A stretch of DNA of 64,000 nt, taken from NCBI GenBank assembly GCA_010909165.1, contig MU008161.1, positions 992,001 through 1,056,000 of the forward strand, written 5' to 3'. Position 1 is the stretch's first letter. Each line of letters begins with the position of its first letter. Source of the stretch: Anthoceros angustus. Taxonomy: Eukaryota > Plantae > Anthocerotophyta. The notes under the pieces were generated by a model. It was not told the origin of the DNA. It did not search any database and worked only from the letters and a program-made list of their open reading frames with translations. Positions 50,306 through 62,340 of the stretch are shown here, one piece after another. The translations under genes and the position numbers were made by a program.

Positions 50306-53300
50306 ATGGTGAGATTTTTTATTTAATCTCTGCCCTAATGCACTCGGACCAACTATCGAAATAATGAAAAAAATTAGATGTACAGAAAGACATAAAAGTT
50401 GCCATTTAGCCTTACCGATCTTAACTTAAGAAATAATCACAATAGAACTTCAACTTTAAGCTCTATAGGTTTGAACAAAATTTAATGCAATGAGCTCAAA
50501 AATTATATGTCTTAACTTTTTATATAATGAAGAGGTACAATGAATACTCTCTCTTAGTTTAGATCCTACTATATGTATGGACTGCTCTTATTTTACATCT
50601 TGGTGGAACATACTATTCTCGAGTCATACCAGCATTAAAATATTTTAAATATTAATAGCTCTTACTTGCAACAATGAGTACCATTTGAGAAAAATTAATC
50701 TCTCTATGAATAAAAACCATGAGTACCATAGTATATAGCAATTCCAGTTGGCTCGTGGCCAATTTCTTGGATCTATTGCCTGCGCTTGTACCTCAACCTA
50801 GCGCACAAAATTCGGATCCACCATATCCTCCAAAATCTCTGCCCACATCTTAACTCATGATTAGTGTTCCCCTCCCTTTCCGTCTTTGAAATTCTGGGGA
50901 CGCTTTTGGCTGGGAAGCAAGATCCTCTTCTTTGGTGGATGAGAAATGCGCCTACAGCCAAAGCTCTCGATTTGCATCATCTAGAAAGAGTTGAAGGTGC
51001 TCGTCTTCCTCTGCTGAGCCAAGAGAATACCCCGCGACAATCGGGAAGCCTAGCTCCAGAGTCAAAATCTATTGAAAACGTTCAAGTGATTAGTCCTATT
51101 TATTGAATCTTTATATTATTCCATACTTATAATATCTAATTAAATGCAAAAATATAAAACATCATGACTAGTCTCCTATTCTTAAATTAGTAATACATAT
51201 CTAGATAAAGTGCCGGAGTGCATATGACAAATAAGCTCCCTAGTCTAACCTGTTAGTTTTCCGTCCATCCCTTTCCCTACATATTATTGAGGCTTTCCTA
51301 TAGTGCAAGCGAGCATTTAGTGGGAACGGAACTTTGTGGAACCAATCAAGCATTTATGCATGCGCCGCAAAGACTTAGAGCCTTGGACTCTCCTTAAATT
51401 CGGATCACATTGGGTATTTAGCTCACTGGCTAGGTACTTTGTCTGCACTGGGAAGGTAAGTCGTTCAAGTCACTCTTTGATCACGAACGCTACACTCCGC
51501 TTGAGGGGATTCCCAACAAGTCTAGTTGTGGAGCTGTTGCAAAATAGGGAGTGCATTCTGTGGGGTTTGGGTATGACAATTGAGATTGGGAGTAAAAATC
51601 ATTCGAACCGGTTGAAATGATTTTTGCTTCTAATTCAAAGCTTGCCGTGATTTTCAGTATCTCGGTCACATGGAGAACAATCTCGTGTTCAGACAGCTCC
51701 ACATTCCTCAGGGCATGAGAGGCCAAATGGTGGACAATTTGCGCCAAGACCTAGAAACGGAGCTGGAGTACATCCGACAAACACATTGGGTCCTAAGACG
51801 GCGATGAGACACATCAGGCTGGAATGGGAGCTGAAGCATTGGGCGCCGCGGACAAGACCTCAGAAAGTATTAAGGCATGTCCTCGTGACACCATCAAGAT
51901 TCTTTGGGAACATGACTCTTATCCAAAAGAATATGGTTTGGGGTAATTTCTTTAGGTGTCATCACCGCTTCCTATTTGTCTATAACTAGGTTGAGCATTT
52001 TGTCTCCTACATTGATTTTGCCTTCATGGCTTCACGGCCAGGGCCGCTGTTGTCCCCGCCCAAGAGGCAATGACGGAGGGTGTAGAGGTGAACACCAGAA
52101 CTTGTCGTTCGCAATATCTCCTTTTTAGTAATGTCCGGTATGGTAACCTTGGGTTATCGTTATGGAGGGTTGAAGCTCTCATTTTGTTGTTCCAAAAACT
52201 ATACAAGCTACTACATTGCTCTATTCATTGCAAATTGTGATAGAAGTCTTCAATTTTTTAAAGGCCTGTGTGCGATATACTTTGCTCAAGGAGCAGAAGA
52301 GTCGAGAGCTATTATTGTGGGAAGATGCTTTGCACCCGATGCGGAATCCATGCCTCATGCTCAACCCTTTGGAAAAATGTGATGTGTTTTTGCAAGCTTC
52401 TCCTCTATCTCGCCATGTGCTCGTGCAAAAATTTGGATGCATGCCCTTGGACTCGTGAGAAGATTCATGATGATTTAAGGAGAATTACAAAGGTGCTAAT
52501 AAGAGAAAAAGGATCAAAACAAGCCCTGGCGGCCTGGGTTAAAGCTCGCGAATTCTTTATATATAGCCTCTACAGTGAGCGTTTCCAATACTGATGTGGG
52601 AATCTGCAAGCGACGAAGTGACATAGCTACCTTGCTAGTTCCATGGCATGTTGCACCTCCAATTGATCATGGAACAATTCAACTGTGCATGATCACTTTG
52701 TACGGATTTAGCTGACTTGAGCATGTACTTACTGGTACTTACTGTTCCCTTTGAAAAACTTTGGAAGCAGACAAGCTTGCAAGTTTGTGAATCGATCCAT
52801 GGGCCTCAAACAATGTCTATATGCTTGTTAGATATGAATCACAACTAAGTTAGTGGATCCTTACAAATGCAATTTTGCCGACATTTGTCTACTTAATTGT
52901 GGCACATATAACAAGTCACCAACTCACAACATGACAGGCCACACCTACAATCCCGGTGACATGAACATCCGGTATTGCCCCCTTGCCTCCATACGTACTT
53001 TAATTTGCCCCTATGTCTTCTAATAGGGTCATTTTATGTTGAGTACCTCCGGTCTCTTCCCCGGCTTTGTACTTTATTCATTATGTACACACTACCTATA
53101 GGACCAAAGTAGAACACTTCTAAACTAATACATTACTTGAAATAGTAAAACATCCCCTATCATTAGTATAGACTAATACAATACTTTAGATGTCTAAACA
53201 TCCAACATCATTAGCATAGACTAATATAGTACTTGAAATGGCCGAACATCTCACGTCGTTACCAAACTGTTGTGATGTTCTCTCCGTGGGAAGTTACAAT

Positions 53301-53572
53301 GTTCAGATAACTTCTCACGACAGCCTGCTAGGGTGCAGTCAGCCCTCAGCAAGTGGACCTGGTAACGCAACTTCAAACTCCGGTTTAGTTACACAAGCGA
53401 ACTGCAAAATATCTCACGCTTGTACCGACACACACCTTTCATGGTGGGGTCACGCGCTGTGCGGGCAATCTACGTACAGTGACTCTGAAGCATGCTCTTC
53501 AGATCTTCACCATGTAACTCTCATCTCTGTCATTTGAAGTATACATGCCGCACAAAACTGGTGGGTGAGATG

Positions 53573-56500
53573 TTACCTCCCCTTGTCCCGGACGAAAATG
53601 AGGGAAGCTACGAAATACAGGATACTGTACAGACAAATCGCTAAAAAAACAAGGACAAAGAACTGCTGTTCAGCCATGAACCGGAGATTTACACGCAAAT
53701 CTCTTCGTTGCAGTTCTCTCTGCAACATGAGCAGGTATCCCCAGAGCCGTCTTCGAACAAAATCTAGCACGTGTTTCAGTCCACCTGCATCAACCGCCTG
53801 AGCATCCAACCCACTTGAGGCTCCATTCTCTGCAGGGGGTTCAGGAGGAGCAGATGGGACATAGCTGCAAGCACGATGCCTATCATCCAGGCCTAAAGCA
53901 GAATTAATTCTATCAGACAGCTTCACCAGAAATCGAACCAAGAAGGCAATTTCCGAAGCTTCGATGGGACGCCTCATCCAGTCACCCCTGTACTTAACAT
54001 CCATCCAAGAGTGCCGATTGAGCCCCGATGGTTGTGCACTTGGAGTAGACCTCTCATCCAGATAGTTGACCACAAGGGGTGAAAATCCAGGCTGCATCAT
54101 CGATCCATAGTGACTTGCCATAGCATGAGAGTCAAAAATGATTCGAGTGATATCCTTGACTGCCTCCAGGCCCTGGACAATCAAGGGGCTCCTCTCTGGC
54201 GTGGCCGCTTGTACCTCAGCTTCACCCCTCAGTATCAGAGACTGCTAGTACATGCACAAGTATTAGACTTCTCAGAATGCCAAGGACCTGTTTCAAGACG
54301 CACGGTATCCAGCACATGCCCGAGTACCTGGAGTAGGTGGCGACCTCCATTTTCCCCGAGGGTGAAGAATCTTAACTGTGACCTCTGGTTTCTTTCAGCC
54401 TCTGCATTCTCCCGTTCGTTAACAGCAGAAAACCCCTCCTCCCAGTTCTGCATATAGAGAAAAGACTCCAGTTGAAAACTCGTGCTTCGCAGATACCACC
54501 ACACCGCACTCTGGGGATTCCAACCAAAAGATAATCTAGCTCCCTAATTTCATACAGAAACAGGAACAGTGCTGGGACCATGGTGAACCTCAAGCTGGTC
54601 TTCAATCAGTTGTGCTAACTCGACACGAAAACCAGCAAGCTGTTTCGAGGAGTCTTGCAAGGAGTACGCGTGGTCCAGCCTCCTCAAATAAACAAGCAGT
54701 TCCTTTGACTGGGCCAGAGCTGCCAGCACCTGCAACCACCAAGTTCAAGAAGTCAGACCAATTTCTTACCACGCATGTGTAAAATGTCCAGAGCTTCCAG
54801 AGTAGCAAGCTATTCCCATCCAGATCATAAGCACCTCCATCGCCACATCACATTCCTACGGAAAAGCTTACATCAAACCTTGTATGTCAATCGTAAGATT
54901 GCCTCAGGATCCACATGGACGTTTTTGATGGCAAACTCCAGAAAATGGGTAACAAGTTGTGTGTAGAAAAGGTAGTTGGAAAGAACATAAGTCTGCCGTT
55001 TCTTTTGATCCCTGAAATTGCCCGTCTCGCTTCTTTGGGAAGCAGACAAGTCATCATCATTCCAGATGGATGGGGTGACAGGTCCGCTTTGTTGATCCGG
55101 GATTTTACTTCGTCCGGAAGCAGATCCGGGCTTTCTGGAACTGTGCTCGTTACTTGCATTCCAGGGCTGCAGGTAATCCAACCACACAGTGATTACCTCG
55201 TCCATTCTCCGAACAGAGCTCCCCATTGGCCATAACCTGAATGCCCTGAGGAAGAACCGATAGAGAGGCCTTTGAAGGCATCCAATATACGAGTTGCCAA
55301 AAAAAGCAGAAGTTGAGAAATCCCAAGATGGAGACGAGCGACTCGGTAACGCATTCCCTGCCTGTCCCAAAATTGATCTGCTGCGATACAGGTTGCCACC
55401 AGAGTCACTCTCCGGAAGTGAGCGCCCGCTGTTAGGGTCACGAGAAGCAGGCACATGCCTGTTGAGGTAGTTAATCAGAACCTTCAGAGCGTCTGTGAGA
55501 TCGTTTCCTGGAGGCACATACACCTGGGCAGACAGTGATTTCAGCCCCGAGGGAAGATCTACTCCGCCGAGGGTACGCCTCGTTTTCTGCGAGATGGGCA
55601 CTGGGTCATCATCCATCAGCCAAAACTCGATAAGCGTACAGGCTAGAATGTCTCCCTGAGACGACGTGCTACTGCTGCTGACGGTATCCTGCTGTGCTCC
55701 TCTTGCGACTGCGGCTCCCCCAGAGAACCTCAGGAAATGGGAAAGGTAGAGTCCCAGCAGGTGCAAGTAGGGGTTGACTTGGACTCCAGAAGGTGCTGGA
55801 GTCTTCTCCTGATGCAGACCAGGGATGGAAGCCGCCCAATGCTCAATCTGACTCCGCAGCTGCTTAGACCGGGAGGCCACGAAGTTGCGGCCCCGCTTTC
55901 CGCCAGGCCCATTCTGTGGCAACATACACTCCTTGCACACTGCGTAGTAGGCAAACCAAAACATGTAGTACTCAAACACGTCCAGATGCACCTGCACTGT
56001 TCCGAGAGCATCTCCCACAATGCGGGTCTTCCACAAAGGCGAGATCTGACACAGCAAGAACACGCCCTTCTCTGCTGCCATGAGCTGGCGCACCCACTCC
56101 GGCAACCTCTCTGTCGGAAAAACGTACCTCACAAAGCTCTCCTTGTCCGCGGTGAGCAGGGAAGAGAAGAGCGGGCCCTCGGGCGAAAGCAAAGACACAA
56201 GAGCTCTCGCCTGCGCCTCGTTCCCGGGCAGAGATGCATCCGCCAACCATCCTCCCGACAACGCATTCACAGGCCAGGAAGCCGACGCTGGTGTCGCCGA
56301 TGCCCGCGACGACCCCTAGAGCCACATACGTAAACCTTCAATTCTTCCAAATTCGTCAACAAGCCTATAGCCTATAAGAAGAAGAAGAAGAAGAAGAAGA
56401 GCTGCTCCATGTGAACAATTTCCATACCTGAGGCGATGCCAGCTGCGAGTCCTCAAATCCAAGTATCTTCCTCAGCAAAATCGGAAAGCCGAGGCGGTAG

Positions 56501-56664
56501 AAGTCCCGCACATGCTCCCCTGTTTGATACTGGTGCTGCTGCAACTCCCCTTCCACTGCCCTGCAAGCGGCCACAATCTCGGCGCTGGAACAGCGCAGCA
56601 AATACGAGCGGAGGCGCTGATTGTCATCCTCTTCCGACGGCAGAGGCGACCTCAGGCCCGCCAT
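53573..56664 (-). CDS. SMPD4: Sphingomyelin phosphodiesterase 4-like nuclear-envelope/ER protein with a C-terminal TM
   Basis: Exons about 56664-56428, 56315-54879, 54729-54589, from 54447, and a last exon to 53573. Motifs LDVFEYYMFWFAYY, LQRPLYRFF, WLDYLQPW, YRGDWMRRPI...EIAFLVR, RVNLRFMAE, followed by a TM segment. Confidence 0.82.
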
Positions 56665-56803
56665 CGCCACAACCAGGTCTGAGCTTCTGGGCAAACCTTC
56701 AACCCTAAACCCTAAAACCCTATTTTGCACCATGTTCCCAGCTTGACATGGTCTGTGAAATCATCAGCGTCCGACTTCTCGCCTGCCTGAGACGGCTGCG
56801 GAG
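56665..56803. promoter_or_regulatory. Very short bidirectional promoter/UTR region with telo-boxes
   Basis: Divergent ATGs at 56664 (-) and 56804 (+), with AACCCTAAACCCTAAAACCCTA at 56701-56722. Confidence 0.65.
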
Positions 56804-59800
56804 ATGGCTGCCGGTGTGGGAACAGAGGAATGCCGAAAAGTGGAGACCAAGCCCATTAGAGTGCGGTTGTTCGTGGGGGGCTTGGCTCCGGGCGTGAGTT
56901 CCAAGGACTTGGCTGAAATGCTGGACCGACTGGGGCGGGTCCACAGCGTGGATGTGCCACCTCGCAAGCAGGTCTGGGAGCAGCAGCCGGCTGGGAGTCA
57001 TCGGGGATTTGTGTATGTGGAGTTCGAGGGCTCTGAAGCCAACCTTGCGAAGCTCATGAGCGTGGTGGGTGTTGGAAGTGTGGTTACTGCCTGCCAGGCT
57101 TCATACGCTTCTTTCGACTGAATTTGTGGATGTGGGAGATTGGCAGAGCAGTACAATGGGTGCAAGTGGAGGGGCGGGAAATTGCGGATCGAGAGGGCGA
57201 AGGAGCACTTTCTGAGCAAGCTGCAGCGTGAGTGGGACGCCGATTCGCAGGCTGAAGCTGATAATGCCGCGCAAAACAGCACCTTGTCGGAGCCCTCTGT
57301 TACGCAGAATCTGAAGAGGCCTATGTCCTCGCCGGGCTTGAATATTAAATTTCCAAACGCTAAAAAGGTAGGGGGATTGGTTGGATGTGTAGTGTTTAAT
57401 GGAATGGTAGTCAGCAGACAGATTTTGGATGAAGCTGGCGGTTTGTCTTGTGCAGTTGAAATTTGTGCCGCTGAAGGGACTTGGGAAACACAAGTACAGC
57501 TTTCAGCGTGAGGAGAGCCTTCCCCTTCGTCTCCTACCCTTGAGCATAGACGAAAAGTTGGTAATTGAACCCGTCCCGAGGCAGCAGCACTGTAAAATCG
57601 GTGCAGCTGCTGGACCTCAGCGGCACGGTAAAATTGTTGCGGAGGCTGGCTCCGGTCCTTCCGCGGAGCACCAGCTGAGTGCTGAAGAGTTGGAAGGTGG
57701 GTGTCTCACTACTTCACTCTGAGGGTGCTTCTTTGGGATACTGTTGCTTACCGAGTATGGCATCTTTTCTCTGTGCAGAAAGTCTTAAAGTTGAAAGGCG
57801 GAAGCAGTTGGATCTTCTGTCCAAATTATTCCCTGGTGATGCTGGTTTCTCGAGGTTCGTGGTGCTGTCTTCTGTGTTCGTTCCGCCATTGGATTGTGGA
57901 AGGCTCCTTGCTCTGTGCTTGTTTCCATGGTGGCTTGGTTTCTAATCAGTTCGCCTGTCGCAACTCTGATAGTGTTGATCCCGGCTCGTCAACAAAGGAG
58001 GTGGCGGAACGCCCGACTGACACTGCTGGTCAGAGGACGGATCCCCAGCCAAGGAAGAAGAAAGAAAATCTGAGAAAACATGCTGGAAAGAAGCATACGA
58101 AATCCGTCGCAAGTCCCTGGGCAAAGTTGTTTGAAGCAGCTGCTGGAGTGGGAGTCAAGTCTGATATATCAGACTCAGAGATGAGTGACCTGGAGGAAGG
58201 GGGTGATGGTAGTGATGTCGAGGATGAAGGTCATGAGGATGTGGATGTGGCTCGGGATGCGGTGGAGGATGAGGATCACGGCCGCAGTGGTAAACTGCAG
58301 AAGCATCCGACCTCAAAGAGAGTCACATGGAAGGGCTTGGATGAGCACGAGGAGGATGTTGCTGTTAGTGGTAAATTCCAGGAGCAGTTGACGCCAAAAA
58401 CAGCCAATAGAAAGGACTTGGATGAAGGCAAAGGTGAAGTGAGTAGGATCAGAAAGGGGAGGTCGGCAGTGGAGTTGCATGCTGCATCCAATCAGGGAAG
58501 CAAGTCAGACCATGATTCACAGGATGAAGCAGCCAAAGTCCATGGTAACCAAGCTGGCAGTGATGAAAAGCTCATTCTTGCAGAGGATGATAATGCAAAA
58601 GCAATTGATTTGGTGGCAAAGATTAACAAGTCTGCCTGTCGCAACTCAGACTTTGTTAACCCCAGCTCTTCAACAAAGGAGGCGGCAGAGCGCTCGACTG
58701 ACGCGGTTGGTCAGAGGATGGATCCCCTGCCAAGGACGAAGAAAGAGGAGTTGAGAAAGCCTGCTGGAGAGAATGGTATGAAATCCGTCGGAAGTCCCTG
58801 GGCAAAGTTATTCGGAGCAGCTGCTGGTGTGGGGGTCAAGTCTGACATATCAGACCCAGAGATAAGTGACCTGGAGGTCGGGATGGACGATGAGGATGAT
58901 GCAGGTAGAGATAAATTCCAGAAACGTTTACCGCAAAAAGCAGCCAAAACGAAGGACTTGGATGAGGGCAATGTTGAAGGGAACAGGATCAGAAAGAGGA
59001 GGATGCCAGTGCAGTCACATGCTGCATCCAATCGTGGAAGCAAGTTAGGCCATGATTCACAGGACGACGCAGCCGGGATCGATGGTAACCAAGCTAACAG
59101 AGATAAAAGGCACAATGGTGCAGAGGATGACAAAGGCGAAGCAATCGATTTTGCGGCAAAGGTCAACACATTTAAGAAAACCCAAGCGAAGAAGAAACTA
59201 AAAGACGAAACTGTCCACGCTACATCTGATGGTGAGTAGCCTGCTCAAAACGTGGTCGTGTTCTTGAAGTTTCTAGTGTCATCTTAGGATTGCCCACGTC
59301 TCTTGTCTTGCAGCTGCTACCGGGCGGGAGGATGGCGCGACAAGTCCTGCTCCATGCGATGGCAGTGGCTTGAAAAGGCACGTCGGCCACGTCGTTATTA
59401 GTTCATGTGCAGTCGGTTTTTCTTTCAAGTCTCCAATGGAGCCAGAGTTCTAACATTTCGCTGTAATCAGCAGGGCAACAGCTCCTGACATCACTGCTAG
59501 CGAGTTGGAACCACCTCTCCCGCAGAAGCGGAGCTGGCTGAGCTCAAAACCAGAATTGCGCCAGGCACCTGCGGCTGCAGGGGAGAGCAAGGAAGAGAAA
59601 TGGAACAGGCTATTTGAGGCTGCTGCCTATGTACCAGCTTCGGGCTTGGTTCTAAACATAGATGAGAAGGTGGACACGGTGCCAGAGAAATCCACGGCCA
59701 ATGAAACGAGTCCACCTAGCAGTGGCCCCATCATCACGGGAATCGAGACTAAGCAAGAGAAGTGGAGGCGGGTTTTCGAGGTGGCAGCAGGTGTGGCAGC

Positions 59801-60695
59801 AGAACCGCCCGCAGGACAAGCAGGCCTAGAGAGAAAAGTGGTCGGTGACAATGGCAGCTCGGAGCTTGTGCTATCTGTGGACGATTCGGCGAAGGCGAAG
59901 CTACCTTCGAAGACCAAGAACAGGAGAGCGGTCAATGGCACCTCTGACGCGGTCACAGCCACTGCTGGGGCACGAGCTACCCGAGGGTCAGTGCAAGCAA
60001 GCTCTGACCCTGGAATAGACACTCCCCAAGTGGTCGGTGGGGCAGCAAATGGCCCGCATCCCGGTAAGGTGGAGGCCGCGTGTGGCAACGCAGCAGCCGA
60101 AGCCAAGATGGAGAGAGCGGAAAGCGGCTGGGACCCCGCCACTCAGCCCCTTGAGCTTGACAGGGAGGCAAGTACCAACCCCACCAATGTCTCTGAGGTG
60201 GTTGGCAACAGCACACCAGCATCTCCACCGCCACCAGGCAAAGGGGATGACGAGAATGCCAAGTGGATGCAGAAGGCATCTTGGAAATCCCTGGTGGGTG
60301 ATAAGGGCGTTGTCGGTTTCTCCCTGGGCAGGACTCTGGGCTTCAACTTTTCCCCACCCGCAACGCAGGTTCAGCTCCAGGCCCAGGAGCAAAAGCAAGA
60401 GCAGGCGGAGCTGGACAGGACGTCTCCCACTCGGCAACCGCAGCCGGAGACCTGCTCCCCCGCTTCCGGGAGCAAAAGCCTGGCGGCGGAGGCAGTTACA
60501 TCCCCGCGGACCGAAGATGCGGCCCCGGCGGCCATGGACTCCGGTCCTGACGGGGTCTGTACTTTCATGCGCGCCGAGAGCGCCTACCGCGACTGGGCCG
60601 CCTCCAGGGCGAGGCTGAAGGAGGACTGCAAGGCCAAGCATAAGGCGGCCATGCGGCAGGCTAGGAAAATGCGCCCGCTTCCGAGGTTGCTGTAG
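56804..60695 (+). CDS. ROS3: RRM protein, REPRESSOR OF SILENCING 3 / NOL8-like
   Basis: N-terminal RRM RLFVGGL...YNGCKWRGGKLRIERAKEHFLSKLQREW, GLGKHKYSFQR, and C-terminal WMQKASWKSLV and CTFMR...W. Exons about 56804-57064, 57152-57367, 57456-57696, 57779-57854, 57950-59231, 59314-59377, 59474-60695. The phase of the exon 4/5 junction is not resolved. Confidence 0.85.
57953..59170 (+). repeat. In-frame exonic tandem duplication in the ROS3-like gene (period 681 bp)
   Basis: GCCTGTCGCAACTC at 57953 and 58634. The peptides ACRNSD...SPWAKLF.AAAGVGVKSDISD...AID..AK.N occur twice. Confidence 0.92.
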
Positions 60696-61214
60696 TTGTT
60701 GGTGTCTATGTGACGAATGAAGAGGAATGCAGAGCGAGTCGTTCCGTTCCACCGCGCCCGCCCCAGTCCCGTTCCGTCCCACGTCACGAGTTTCTGGATC
60801 GCGCGCCGCACCGCAGCCCCGCTCACATCCCGCTCCTCCGGCGGTTGCATGTACGTGCAGCGCCGAATGGCAGAACATCGGATCTGCCATGCCGCTGCGG
60901 CCGCCCCGGGAACGCGAGTGTACTTGGTGCGGGAAGATCGCAGGAAAGGATGTGCCAAAAGTGCATCTGCGGCAGCGCTGCCACCGCCGGTGCTCACTGC
61001 TGCGAGCCTGTGTGTTCGCATCTCATCACCTGTTTTGTCTCGCAGAGGGGGAGGCTGTATCGACGCTGCTGTTATTAGCCAGTGCCAACTTCCTGGCCAT
61101 CCTGAGCCGGGGGCCGGGCCGCCGGGGCTGACCTGGGTCCTCGTCATGGCGACCTGTCTCCACTGGCGTGCGTGCTTCCGCTTCGTCGACATGTAGACTA
61201 CTCCGCGTTCCAGC

Positions 61215-61900
61215 GTGCCATTACAACTTACAAATCACGGCGAGATATCCACCTACACAAGACTTGAGCTGAGGACATGCGGGGGCCTCCTGCCGTTCAT
61301 AGTTTCCAAGTTCCAACCATGGAGACTCCCTGGTGACCGTCCCTTCCACGGGGCCTCCTGGGTGAAGGTCCCTTCCTGTCCAATGCCCATTGTATCGCAG
61401 CATCGCAGCCTCGCAGGCTGTCTCCCCCTGGAACTGTACTGGGCAGCCAGTCTCCTAGACCTCATCAAGCACATTCTTCTTAGGTTGAGGAGCAGACATG
61501 CCAAATCCCAAGCTGTGAACTTGTGGTCTCGGCCCTTGCTCACCAACAACTTCCACAAGAGGCTGTGGGGGCCACAAAGAATGCCGTGCAATTGGCGGAA
61601 GATGTGCACGCAGACAAAAGAAGGAAGGGTTGGCTTCCGACGTGGAGGACCTGTTTATTATCCAGAAGGAACCTGCACGTCCTGGAAGAAGATAACAGAC
61701 CGGGCTGTCGAGCAACCCTACGTTGGACAAGGTTTTGAATAATCCGAGCAACACATCAATGGACATGCGTCACTATGCTTTTGCACAGAAGGAGGGACTT
61801 ATCGGATGCAGAGATGCCTGGAAACGCTGCTACCAAATTACCTGGTATGTACATGCTTGAGAGAGGTGGACGACGAACGCACTTATTACCGTGTATTCCC
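61215..61900 (+). mobile_element. L1-like LINE RT C-terminal remnant
   Basis: NFHKRLWG...NWRKMCTQTKEGRVG resembles the LINE FLW...W..VC.PK.EGGLG motif. Degenerate. Confidence 0.5.
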
Positions 61901-62256
61901 GCGCGCACACATGGCTACTGGTCCAAAATCGCTTGCCCCTGAGGGCTCGTTAGTACGGTGACGGACGAGATACCCTCTCGAACCGCGATAACTTGCTATC
62001 CAGACTAACATATTACTCCTCCAGATGGAGTCCCATTTGGCATAACCGGATGCCGGATGCCAGATATCTTCGAACGGACACCCTTGCTCAAGATTTCTCC
62101 TCGGGTTTGGTTTGATTTATTTTCAAAATACAAAATTAAAAAAAATTCGTTGAACCCACGTGTTTCCGCGGCTGGTTTGGTAGGATACGATGGAGTAATT
62201 ACATTTCATTTAATTTCAATGAACCCAAAGGGCCTTACAACAGCAACCTTTTTGGC

Positions 62257-62340
62257 CAGCGAGACAACAGAGATCATATATCATGTGAGCGAGATAATAG
62301 ACATCATATATCCTACGAGCGAGATAACAAAGACCATCTG
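62257..62340. repeat. 30-bp tandem repeat, about 3 copies
   Basis: AGCGAGA(C/T)AA...ATCATATATC repeated. Confidence 0.7.

Noticed and set aside
59988-60890. 300-aa minus-strand ORF
   Set aside because: It is an antisense shadow of the GC-rich last exon of the ROS3-like gene.
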